Shown: one piece after another, positions 23,855-35,817 of the stretch
Position numbering within the stretch: position 1 is the stretch's first letter
Layout of the letters: each line of letters begins with the position of its first letter
Assembly: GCF_028641065.1 (NCBI RefSeq)
Contig: NW_026576340.1
Coordinates: forward strand, 62,001-117,185
Source of the DNA: Leucoraja erinacea
Taxonomy: Eukaryota
DNA length: 55,185 bases
Direction: 5' to 3'
The notes under the pieces: generated by a model
What the model was told of the DNA's origin: nothing
What the model saw: the letters and a program-made list of their open reading frames with translations, nothing else
Database searches by the model: none
Made by a program: the position numbers and the translations under genes

Positions 23855-24220
23855 CAGGCAGTGAAGAAAGCTAATGGAATGTTGGCCTTCATTGCGAGAG
23901 AAATTGTGTTGAAGAACAAGGAGGACCTACTGCAGTTGTCCTCCTTGGTGAGATCGTACCTGGAATATTGTGTGCAATTTTGGTCTCCAAATGTTAGGAA
24001 AGACATTATTGCTATTGAGGGAGTTGAGCGTAGGTTCATCAGGTTAATTCCCAGGATGGCAGGAATGACATATGATGAAAGCATGGGTCGACTGGGCATG
24101 TATTCACTGGAATTTAGAAGGATGATCTTATAGAAACATATAAAATGATTAACGGATAGGACAGGCTAGATGCAAAAACAATCTTAAAGGATTGGGCTGG
24201 TAAGATGTCGGAATAATTTT

Positions 24221-25670
24221 TTGAATAACCTTTAATAATCCTTTACAGGAAATTACAGTGCCACAACAGCTTCAAGACAGACATAACACCACACATTTCA
24301 ACAGATATCTTCAATACATAATAAGTTAAAATTTTTGTGCATTATAAAACCTTATAGCAGCTGGTATACAAGACTTCCTATGTCTCTCCGTTTTGCACAT
24401 TGGTGCAATCAGTCTCTGACTGAAGATGCTGCACTTGATCACCTTCAGGGCGTGGAGTGGGTGAGTGGGGTTGGTCATTATTGAGCCTAGTTTTTTCAGA
24501 GTTCTGGCCTCTGCCACCTGCTTGACCGTTAGTTGCTCTGCCCCAACCACTGAGCCGGCCTTCCTGATCAGCTTATCCAGTCTGTTTTTGTCCGCTATTC
24601 GGGCGCCTTCTCCCCAACAGGCCACAGCAAAAAACAGAGCACTGGCCACCACTGAATGGTAGACACTGCACAGTAGGGGTTGACAGATATTAAATGACTT
24701 TAGCCTCCTTAAAAAATACAGTCTACTTTGTCCCTTCCTGTACACCGCCTCCATATGACTCTTCCAGTCCAGCTCGCTGTCAAGCTGCACACCAAGGTAC
24801 CTGTGGTTGGCGACCACCTCCACCTCAGTGCCCCTGATGGTGATTGGTGTTGGTTGAGTGCGCCTCCTCCCCCTCCTGAAATCCACAACTATCTCCTTCG
24901 TTTTTTTGGTGTTGAGATGGAGATTATTGTGTGCACTCCACTCCACAAAGTTGTTAATTGTGTCTCTATACTCCTCCTCATTGCCCCCTTTGATGAGGCC
25001 TACAACAGCTGTGTCATCTGAAAATTTCTGCAAAAAGCAGCTGTTGGTGTTATATTGACAATCCGCTGTGTAGATGGTAAACAGGAATGGAGCCAGCACA
25101 GTTCCTTGTGGAGCCCCTGTGCTGCTCATGATGGTGCTTGAGACATTGTTCTGTAGGCGCACATACTGTGGTCTGAGGAAAAGGTAATCCAAACACCACA
25201 GTACCATTAATGGATCCACCTTCATCTTCTCCATCTTCTCCCCTAGCAGTCGAGGCTGAATTGTGTTAAAAGCGCTAGAGAAGTCAAAGAATGTAATTCT
25301 TACAGATGCATCAGGGATGTCCAGATGTGTGTACGCCCTCTGCAGCATGTAAATAAGGGCATCATCGACACTGATGTTGGGCTGATATGCAAACTAAAGG
25401 ATCCATTTGAGTTGACACACTAGTCCTGAGGTAGGAGAGGACAAGTCTCTCAAATGTCTTCATAATATGTGAAGTGAGCGCTACTGGTCTGTAGTCATTG
25501 TGGTGAGTGGGATAGGTCTTCTTTGGGACAGGTACCAGGCAAGATGTTTTCCACAGCCTTGGGACCTTCTGTAGACGCAAGCTCAGGTTGAACAGGTGTG
25601 TTAGAATACCACACAGCTCTGAGGAGCAAGTCTTCAGTAGCCTTGGGCTGATGTCATCGGGCCCCACTGC
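24221..25670 (-). mobile_element. Rex1/Babar-type LINE RT, 5'-truncated
   Basis: ORF 24326-25348 contains FFDFSSAFNTIQP, GAPQGTVLAPFLF, KFSDD and QSRLYFLRRL. NDYRPVALTS lies upstream. Confidence 0.9.
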
Positions 25671-27267
25671 TTTCCCGATGTTGGGGGAGTCCAGAATCAG
25701 TTTAAGAATAAGGGGTCGGCCATTTAGGACTGAGATGAGGAAAAACATTTTCACCCAAAGAGTTGTGAATCTGTGGAATTCTCTGTCACAGAAGGCAGTG
25801 GAGGCCAATTCACAGGATGTATTCAAGAGATAGTTAAATTTAGCTTTTAGGGATGAAGGAATCATGGGATATGGGGAAAAAGCAGGAAAGAGGTACTGAT
25901 TTTAGTTGATCAGCCATGATCATATTGAATGGCGGTGCTGGCACAAAGGGCAAATGCCCTACTGCTGCACCTATTTTTCTATGTGTTCTATATTTCTAGG
26001 ACTGTTTGACAGAAATAATAAAAAGGCTTGGCCCATGTGAGTGCTCTTGGCTTTTCCTTTAACAGAGAAAGTGAGAGGTGAAAGGATACGTGCAGAGGGC
26101 TAGGGCAGGGTTGACCCATCCTCTGGCAGCTCACTCCAGACACCCATCACCCGGAGTGAAAAAGTTGCCCCCAAGTTGTTATTAAATCTTGCCCCTCTCA
26201 CCTTAAACCTGTGCTCTCTGGTTCTTGATTCTCCGAGCCTGGAGAATCCCCTCATGATTTTATACACCTCCATATGCTCAAGCCTCTATAAAGTGGATGC
26301 TCACAGTCTTTTCCCAGTGTTGAGTCTAACGTTTGATGACACTGTTTAAAATACATTTGGACAGGTACATGGGTGGGGAACATAAGGACATGCAGATGCT
26401 GGTTTACAAAAGTTCAGGCAGCATCTCTGGAGAAAATGGACAGGCGATGTTTCAAGTCGGCACCTTCTTCGACACCAGACAGATTGCGGTGGGGAGGGGG
26501 CAGAAAGCTGCAAGAGGTACAGGAGGGACTGGTGAGTGATAGGTGGATACATGGTGGGGGGTCGATGGACAAGGGCAGAGATGAAGAGGCAAAATATGTC
26601 ACACAATGACAGAAGAGTTGAACTGTGTGGCTGCGAGTCTTACCGCCGAGACCCAGTGCTGGGCACAGCTCAGTCCAGTCACGTTAATGGGTTGAGGCAT
26701 GGCAATGCAGGGGGCTTGGCGAGGCGTGGATGTTGGGCGGGCAGTGGGAGGGTAGGAGATGACCAGAGTACACAATATCTGCCTTCACTACCACCCCTGG
26801 CAATGTGTTCCAGGCCCCCACTACTCTGTGTAAATAAACATCTCCCTGTCCATCTCAGCTGATAACTATGCCCCCTAGTTGGGGACATTTTGTATAATTG
26901 CCCTATGTAAAATATCCCTGGTGTGTGGGAAGTGGATTTGAAAGTGGGATAACATGGATCACGTGTGACTGGGTGATCGATCGTCAGCATGAACCCGTTC
27001 GGCTGAAGCGCCTGTTCCCATGCTGTATCTCCAAAGCAAACTAAATGAAATCACCGTGGATCTCTTGCATCTTAATCTTTTTAATCAGCTGGCATGGCGG
27101 ACTTGATCAAGTGCCCTACAATCACCCACAGAGAAAACGGGTTTGTTGGTGGAGTGTGGGGGTGGGGTGTGTATGAGTAGGGTGTGTGTTGCCCTGAGTA
27201 ATCAGTCGGATTTTTTTTTTAAATGCTTAAGCCGCGCATGCGCAGACTGTTCGCCTCTCCGTAAAAA

Positions 27268-30200
27268 TATATATAATTAAAAGTCTCATCTTAACCACGT
27301 CCTGTCTGCGCTGTATATTGATGTTAGAAAGAAAAAAAAGCCAGCATTTATCATTATGAGTTTTGGCCATCTTACTCACAGTGCTCCTCCACTGATCCGG
27401 CCCCAAGGATTTTTCCCATCGATGAAAAATAAGAAAAGTTATGAGTATTTAAAAAACCTTGAGATCCTCTCGCCTGTCAATCACGGCGATGAAGGAAACG
27501 CCCCTTCCGGGGGCAGGCAGGGCTTTAAAACCCCGGATGCCTGGACGTCACCAAAGATCTTATAGCATCCGCTGTAAGATCTTTGGACGTGACTCAGTCT
27601 CTGCAAGATCGCGAGACAGAGGTCACGGCTGTCATTCTTTTGTGAGTCTACAGAACACTGTGAGTCTGCTGAACTGTGAGTTTGCCCTTTATGTGCTTTA
27701 TGTGGTTTATGTGATTATGTGCTTTATGTGGTTAGGTGTTTTATGAGGTTACTTTATGTGCTGTATGTGCTCGCAATAAATGATTTGTTAGCCTGCAATG
27801 AGCTTGCAATGAATGATGCTTTGTTAACCCTTCATGTACTTGCAATAAATGATTTGTTAGCCCTTAATGACAACACCATGAGTTGTTTGGCCTGCTGCCC
27901 TGTCTGTGCTTGAAACTGCAATGCTATATTAGGTCCAACTGTGTTTGGAAGGAATTTATTCATTTATGCTTTATTATGTCTGACTGTGTTTGGAAGAAAT
28001 AAATGCTTTATTAAGTCCGACTGTGTTTACTCCAAAAGTCCCGCTCATTTCGTGACTTCCGCTTAGTGGACAGGTTGCTCTGATTGCGTAAATTCTGGTA
28101 AGTGCAGAGGTCACGCTGATTGTGGAAGTGCCGCTAACTGCGGAAGCTCCACAGTGCAGAGGCCGCGCTCAGCCGTGTGAGTATTTGCGATAGTTTACTG
28201 CCATGCATATGTGTGTGTGTGAGTGTGAGTGTATATGTGGGTGTATGTGTGGGTGTGTGAGGGTGTGCATGGGAGTATGTGTGAGTGTACGTGTGAGTGT
28301 ACATGTGAATGTATGTGAGAGTGTGTGTGATTGTGAGCGAGTGTGTGAGTGTATGTGTGTGAGTGTATGTATGAGTGTATGAATCCAATTTGAGAAGCAG
28401 AGCGTTAAATCAGAAGTGGCAGTGATGCAGTTGAACAAATGCCATGAATGCATGAGAGGGGAGTTGGCCAAAGTGGACTGAGTAGCAATCCTAGCAGGAA
28501 TGACGGTGGAACAGCAATGGCAGGAATTTCTGGGCATAATCAAGAAGACGCAGGATCATTTCATTCCAAAAAGAAAGAAAGATTCTATGGGGAATAGGAG
28601 GCTACTGTGGCTGACAAGAGAAGTTAGGGATAGAATAAAAATTAAAGGAAAAGATGTATAACACAGCAAAGAGTAGCCGGACGCAAGAGGATTGGGAAAC
28701 TTTCATAGGACAACAGAAGGAAACAAAACGGGCAATACGGGCTGAAAAAATGAAGTATGAAGGAAAGCTGCTCAGGAATATAGAAGGACAGTAAAAGCTC
28801 CTTTAGATATGTTAAGGGTAAAATAATTGCAAAGTCAAATGTGGGTCCCTTGAAGGCAGACAGGGGATAAATTATTATGGGGAACAAGGAAATGGCAGAA
28901 GAGTTGAATAGGTACTTCGGATCTGTCTTCACTAAGGAAGACACAAACAATCTCCCAGATGTACTGGAGGACAGAGGATCTAAGGGGTTAGAGGAACTGA
29001 AATAAATTTTCATTAGGCGAGAAATAGTATTGGGTAGGCTAATGTGACTGAAGGATGATAAATCCCCAGGGCCTGATGGACTGCATCCCAGGGTCCTCAG
29101 GGAGGTGGCTCTAGAAATAGTGGACGCATTGGTGATCATTTTCCAATGTTCAATAGATTCAGGATCAGTTCCTGTGGATTGGAGGATAGCTAATGTTATC
29201 CCACTTTTCAAGAAAGGAGCGGGAGAGAAAACGGGGAATTACAGACCAGTTAGCCTGACTTCGGTGGTGGGAAAGATGCTGGAGTCAATTATTAAAGAGG
29301 GAATAATGGGGCATTTGGATAGCAGTAAAAGGATTAGTCCAAGTCAACATGGATTTATGAAAGGGAAATCATGCTTGACTAATCTTCTGGAATTTTTTGA
29401 GAATGTGACAAGTAAAATGAATGAAGGGGGTGCCAGTGGATGTACTGTATCTAGACTTTCAGAAAGCCTTTGATATGGTCCCGCACGGGAGACTAGTGAC
29501 TAAAATTAGAGCGCATGGTATTGGGGGTAGGGTGTTGACATGGATAGAAAATTGGTTGGTATGTTAGTATTCATAGCAAAAGGATTTGAGTATAGGAGCA
29601 GGGAGGTTCTACTGCAGTTGTACAGAGTCTTGGAGAGACCGCACCTGGAGTATTGCGTGCAGTTTTGGTCTCCAAACCTGAAGAAGGACATTATTGCCAT
29701 AGAGGGAGTGCAGAGAAGGTTCGCCAGACTGATTCCTGGGATGTCAGGACTTTCATATGAAGAAAGACTGGATAGGCTCAGCTTGTACTCGCTAGAATTT
29801 AGAAGATTGATGGGGGGATCCTAGATGCATGAAGAAGATTGTTCCCGATGTTGGGGAAGTCCAAGACCAGGGGTCACAGTTTAAGGATAGAGGGGAAATC
29901 ATTTTGGACCGAGAAGAGAAAAACATTTTCCCACAGAGAGTGTTGAATCTCTGGAACTCTCTGCCACAGAAGGTAGTTGAGGCCAGTTCATTGGCTATAT
30001 TTAAGAGTGAGTTAGATGTGGCTCTTGTGGCTAAAGGGGTCAGGGGGTATGGAGAGAAGGCAGGTACAGGATACTGAGTTGGATGATCAGCCATGATCAT
30101 ATTGATTGGCGGTGCAGGCTCGAAGGGCCGAATGGCCTACTCCTGCCCCTATTTTCTATGTTTCTATGTTTAATCAACAGCAAAGTGTAATCAAGAGACA

Positions 30201-31110
30201 CTGAGCAGTAGAACACAACAAGAGACACAACAAGAAAGAAGTGAACTTAATAAATATAAACTTTAACTTTTAAATTGTTGTCATAATTTAAGCCATTCAC
30301 TTTTATAATTTAATACATCCTTTTTCCACATTCCGTGTTCTTCATCACAATGGAAATCTAATAGGCAGGAATGGCTACGCTGTCGGAGAGTCTTTAAGGG
30401 TGCATTGGGTGGAGGTTGAGGTGAGATGGACTGAATGCGTGGGGGGGGGGGGGGGTGGAATGGTAAGGAGCAGAGTGTGGGAGGTGAAGGGAGTAGAGGT
30501 GACTGAGAGAACAGCCACCACACCAGCCGTGAGTGGCTGGACTGTCAGCCCACCAGCCATGATTAAGAGAACTGTCAATCCACCAGCCATGACATATCAC
30601 TGTACTACAAGTCCAAGCATCCATTCAGTCCACAATGTCCATACTAGCCCTCTGGAAACCAGTCCCTGTAGACCACAACACCCATATTAGCACTCCTGAG
30701 ATCCAACAAAGGATAGAATTTCCTCCTTCATTGCTGTGATCTGTGAAAAAAGATAAATGACTAAAATTGATTCTCCACCCTCTCCCCTTTCTCTCTCACA
30801 GAATCTGTTTTGATCAGAATGTCTGGATGTTTTTGAGCTACCAGCCCACCTGGCCTGAGTGACTGAGCTGCCAGCCTCCAGGCCTGAGTGACTGAGCTGC
30901 CAGGCCTGAGTGACTGAGCTGCCAACCCAAGAATCCATTCGTCCCACAATGTCCCTCTGGAAACCAGTCGCTTCGGCCCACACCCCCATGCGAGCGCTCC
31001 AGAAAGCCGCCCCCCACTTGCCAGCAATATTGGAATTGGTGGAGAGGTGGAATATTGCGTTGGGGGACTCCAATGTGAAGCTGGGACCCAATGGGTCCCA
31101 CTTAGTTTAG
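27268..31110 (+). mobile_element. Probable Helitron (relative of 16574) with a CR1 inserted inside
   Basis: 5' TATATATAATTAAAAGTC plus a shared ~170 bp (AGGATTTT..CATCGATGAAAAAT). 3' hairpin TGGGACCC-AAT-GGGTCCCA (31082-31100) then TTAG|T. That both ends belong to one element is an inference. Confidence 0.6.
28385..30170 (+). mobile_element. CR1 LINE, truncated and internally deleted
   Basis: ORFs 29105-29473 (YRPVSLTS, QHGFMKGKSC) and 29540-29824. (TTTCTATG)n tail. Confidence 0.9.
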
Positions 31111-31313
31111 TAAAAAATAAAAATAAAGAAAGTAGGAATTCAATTTGCCCTAGGCTCCCAAATCTCCTTCATTTTTCCGAATTACTGAATGGGTGGGGGG
31201 TGACGGCAGGTGGAGTGATGGAGGGAAAACAGGAGCACACCGGGACAATTTGAATCAGTTGTGATTTTATTGAATGGCAATACTAGTTCAAGGGACCAAT
31301 TTTGGGGAAAGTC

Positions 31314-31758
31314 TGGCCAGGGGTAAAGTTGCGGGAAGTGCAGTAGCATTGAGAAGGAACAGGTCGGGGATCATGAAAGTAACCTACTCACTCACCGCTG
31401 CCGCGGCGCTTCGGGCGCGAAGCGGGCAGGGGAGGGAAGTAGCTTGTTTGGCTGCGAGCGGCAGCAGGGACCTCAGGGCTCACAGTCTGAATGGTGAGGG
31501 GACCAGCTCAAGAGCAAAGATCACAGAGTGGAGCGGGCAGCGGGCGATGGATAACAGGACAGAGGGCAGTGGGCACTTCTGTGTCAGCGCGAACAAGGGA
31601 GCAATTTAGGTTACTCGCGGTAACACGTGGAGTAAGCTCCACTGCCCGCTGTCCTGTTATCCATTGCCCGCTGACCCGCTCTTGAGCTGGTTCCTGGCAT
31701 GATCCCCGACCCCATCTTTCTCAACGCTCCTGCCCTCCCGTAACTTTACCCCCGGCCA
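31314..31758. repeat. Imperfect foldback (inverted repeat)
   Basis: 31314-31375 pairs with 31698-31758, and 31502-31572 pairs with 31639-31692. Confidence 0.75.
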
Positions 31759-33091
31759 TACTCTCCACACGCTGTGAAAACTCTTCCCCCACCCCCCAGC
31801 GGCACTGTCCTTTTACAGCCGCCTCCCACTTTGCAGCCGCTACCCGTCCACGGTGCAAAGGCAGAATTTCAGCTACCTTCAGCTGCCCTTGTCGTGAAAC
31901 CTTGAAGCAGCGTCGACAGCACGTCAGCTGCAAAGACTTTCGCATATTACATGTACTGCGCATGAAAGGCACGGATAATTGTAACTACCTAAGGTCTTAG
32001 GTAGGCATAATTCTCCCGTGCCTTTACTATTTATATTTAATAATTATAATTTTATAATTTATTCGGGGTAGGCAGTGCCTACCTTGCCCACCCTGACGGC
32101 ACGTGCTTGGTGTGGGGGGGGGGGGGGAGGGGGTTTGTTGGGATGTTGGTGGGGGGTGTGCGTTGGTGTTGTGTGTTGGGGTAGTGTGTTTGTTCGTGGT
32201 GGTGTGTGTGTGGGGGTGTGTCTCTGGGGTGTGTGGGGGTGCGTGTGTGTATGTGTCGGGGGTGGGTGATTGTGTATGTGTGCGGGTGTGTGTGGGGTGT
32301 GCTAGTGTGTGTGGGGTGTGCTAGTGGGTGTGTGTGTGTGTGATGTGTGTGTGTGGGGGGGATGGTGTGTGTAGGGAGGGGGTGGGGTGTGTTCGTGTGT
32401 GGGGGTGTGTGTGTGTGTGTGGGTGTGTGGTTGGCTGTGNNNNNNNNNNNNNNNNNNNNNNNNNNNNNNNNNNNNNNNNNNNNNNNNNNNNNNNNNNNNN
32501 NNNNNNNNNNNNNNNNNNNNNNNNNNNNNNNNNNNNNNNNNNNNNNNNNNNNNNNNNNNNNNNNNNNNNNNNNNNNNNNNNNNNNNNNNNNNNNNNNNNN
32601 NNNNNNNNNNNNNNNNNNNNNNNNNNNNNNNNNNNNNNNNNNNNNNNNNNNNNNNNNNNNNNNNNNNNNNNNNNNNNNNNNNNNNNNACGTGTGTGGGGT
32701 GTGTGTGTGATGTGTGGGGTGTGTGTGGGGGATGGTGTGTGAGGAGGAGGNNNNNNNNNNNNNNNNNNNNNNNNNNNNNNNNNNNNNNNNNNNNNNNNNN
32801 NNNNNNNNNNNNNNNNNNNNNNNNNNNNNNNNNNNNNNNNNNNNNNNNNNNNNNNNNNNNNNNNNNNNNNNNNNNNNNNNNNNNNNNNNNNNNNNNNNNN
32901 NNNNNNNNNNNNNNNNGTGTGACGTGTGGGGTTTGGGTGTGATGTGTGGGGTGTGTGTGTGATGTGTGGGGTGTGTGTGTGAGGGGTGGGGGGTGTGTGT
33001 GGGGGGGTGGTGTGTGGGGAGGTGGTGGGGTGTGTGTTCGCGGGTGGTGGGATGTGTCTCCCGCAGTTCCTGACTACGTGCCCGGTTTCAG

Positions 33092-33352
33092 GTTCCCACT
33101 CGCTGCGTTATTACTACACAGGAGTGACCCCGGGCTGGGGGGTTCCTGAGTTCACGATTGTAGGATACCTGGACGAGGAACAGATTGTTTACTACGACAG
33201 CGAAAGACGGCAGATGGAGCCGCGACAGCGGTGGATGGCGGAGAGTCAGGGCGCCGACTACTGGGAGCGGGAGACACAGGACAGGCGTGGCCACGAGGAG
33301 GTGCACAAGCGCAACGTACAGACCGCCATGATCAGAACCAACCAGAGTGGGG
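33092..33352 (+). CDS. MHC class I exon 2 (alpha1 domain)
   Basis: TTTCAG acceptor, GSHSLRYYYTG...DYWERETQ...RTNQSG, donor G|GTGAGT. Y7, Y59, R84 and the N86 sequon are present. Confidence 0.97.
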
Positions 33353-33435
33353 GTGAGTGTGTGTGTGTGTGGGGGGGGGGGGGTTGGACCATGTGTGTGT
33401 GTTGATGATTCCCCACTGACGGCCGTGTGTTGCAG

Positions 33436-33708
33436 GGATTCACACCTTCCAGGAAATGTATGGCTGTGAGCTGCGCTCGGACGGCTCCATCGCCGGGTTT
33501 GACCAGTACGGCTGGGACGGAGAGGACTTCATCAGCTTCGACATAGAGCGCATGTTGTGGGTGACACCCGTCACCTGGGGGTTGTTGACCAAACACAAGT
33601 GGGACAGGGACACGGGCATGAACCATCAATTCAAGGGCTACCTGGAGGAGACTTGCATAGAGTGGCTGCGGAAATATGTCCAAGCCGGACAGAGTCAACT
33701 CACCCCCG
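33436..33708 (+). CDS. MHC class I exon 3 (alpha2 domain)
   Basis: TTGCAG acceptor, GIHTFQEMYGCEL...YGWDGEDFISFD...TKHKW...YLEETCIEWLRKY, donor G|GTGAGC. C101/C164, T143, K146, W147, Y159, W167 and Y171 are present. Confidence 0.97.
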
Positions 33709-33795
33709 GTGAGCAGATCAGTGATTTACCCCCCATCACCCCCTCTCTCTTTCTCTCCACATCTAACTCTCTCACCTTCTCTCTTCCCCCATCTC

Positions 33796-34614
33796 TGTGG
33801 ATAAATGTGAGGTTATCCATTTTGGTGGCAAAAACGGGAAAGCAGACTATTATCTAAATAGTGGCCGATTGGGAAAGGGGGAGATGCAGCGAGACCTGGG
33901 TGTCATGGTACACCAGTCATTGAAGGTAGGCATGCAGGTGCAGCAGGCAATAAAGAAAGCGAATAGTATGTTAGCTTTCATTGCAAAAGGATTTGAGTAT
34001 AGGAGCAGGGAGGTTCTACTGCAGTTGTACAGGGTCTTGGTGAGACCACACCTGGAGTATTGCGTACAGTTTTGGTCTCCAATTCTGAGGAAGGACATTA
34101 TTGCCATAGAGGGAGTGCAGAGACGGTTCACCAGACTGATTCCTGGGATGTCAGGACTGTCTTATGAAGAAAGACTGGATAGACTTGGTTTATACTCTCT
34201 AGAATTTAGGAGATTGAGAGGGGATCTTATAGAAACTTACAAAATTCTTAAGGGGTTGGACAGGCTAGATGCAGGAAGATTGTTCCCGATGTTGGGGAAG
34301 TCCAGGACAAGGGGTCACAGCTTAAGGATAAGGGGGAAATCCTTTAAAACCGAGATGAGAAGAACCTTTTTCACACAGAGAGTGGTGAATCTCTGGAACT
34401 CTCTGCCACAAAGGGTAGTTGAGGCCAGTGCATTGGCTATATTTAAGAGGGAGTTAGATGTGGCCCTTGTGGCTAAGGGGATCAGGGGGTATGGAGAGAA
34501 GGCAGGTACGGGATACTGAGTTGGATGATCAGCCAATGATCATATTGAATGGCGGTGCAGGCTCGAAGGGCCGAATGGCCTACTCCTGCACCTAATTTCT
34601 ATGTTTCTATGTTT
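33796..34614 (+). mobile_element. Young CR1 3' fragment, about 90 bp downstream of exon 3
   Basis: Uninterrupted 240-aa ORF of the CR1 ORF2 C-terminus. (TTTCTATG)n tail. Confidence 0.93.
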
Positions 34615-35817
34615 CACCTTTCCCCCTCTCCTTCTATACCCCCTATCTCCATTTCCCCCTCACTTCCCTCTATCTCCCTCTCCCTTTCCGCCCTCCTCCC
34701 CTCTCCCCTCTCCCCTCCACTCTCTCCATCTCACCCCCTCTCTACACTCTCTCCCCCCCTCTCCCCGCTCTCTATCTCTTCCCGCTTTCTCCACGCATAT
34801 CTCTATCAAACCCCCTCTTCCTCCTATCTCTTCCCTCTCTCAATTCTCCCCACTCTTACCCACTCTCTCTTCCCCCTCTCTCCCCTCACTCTCCGCTCAC
34901 TTCCCGCCCATTTCTCACTCTCTCCCCCTCCCCTACTCTCTCTCCCCTCTCTTCCCGCTCTCTCACCTCACTCCTCTCTCCCCCTTTTTATCTATCCCGC
35001 TCTCTCTCTTTCCCCTCTTCCTCTCCCCATCTCTGTATCTCCGCTCTCTCTTTCTCCTCTCTTCCACCTTTTCCCCCATTTCAACCCCCCCCCCCCATAT
35101 CCCATCTTCCTCCTCCTCTCTCTACTACTCCTCCCCCCCGCTTTCCCCCTGTCTCTTCCCCTCTACCTCCTCTCTCTCCATACCCTCTATCCCTCCACCT
35201 CGCTCCCCTTTTCTCCCCCAATGTCCGCCCTTCACTCATTCTCGCCCCCTATCTCTCCCGCTCCACACCGCTTCCCTCTGACACTCCCCTTCCCCCTCTC
35301 ACGTCCTTCCTCCCACCCTCTCATCCCCTCTTTTGCACCCTCTCTCTCCCTCCCTCACTATCCCTCTCTGTCTACCCCCCTCCCTTCCGCCCTCTCTCTC
35401 CCACCTTTATCAATCTCTACCTCTCTATCCACCACCCTATCTCTCACCCTCGCCCCTCTGACTCCCCAACACTCTCCCCGTTCCCCCTTTTCCCGCCTCT
35501 CAATCCCACTCTCCATCCCACTCCCTCTCTCCCCTCTCTCTCTATCACCCCTCTCTCTCCCCACTCTCTCCACTTCTCTCTCTCCCCTCTCCCCCCACTT
35601 CGTTCGAAACCCGTCCATCGCCTGCTGTTTACCTACTCTATCTCTCCCTCCCCACCCTCCCCTCCTTCCCCCACTCTCTCCTTCCCACACTCGCTCCCAC
35701 TCTGGCCCCCTCTCTTGCCCCTATTCCCTCTCTCTCCACCCTCATCCCTTCCTCCCTTCCTCTCTACCCCATTCTATCTCCCCCTCACTCTATCCCGCTC
35801 TCTCTCCTCTCTCACCC
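34615..35817. repeat. Polypyrimidine low-complexity tract
   Basis: Almost exclusively C and T on the + strand. Confidence 0.9.

Larger units (their letters stand above)
21480..25990 (+). mobile_element. Old CR1 fragment (21480-21812, 23855-24215, 25671-25990) acting as host for two younger LINEs
   Basis: The reading QVQQA|VKKANG continues across the first insertion and resumes at TTCCCGATGTTGGGG after the second. Confidence 0.75.

Noticed and set aside
22810-24099. 429-aa RT ORF as a single gene
   Set aside because: It is chimeric: the N-terminus is the antisense of the host CR1 and the rest is the inserted CR1.
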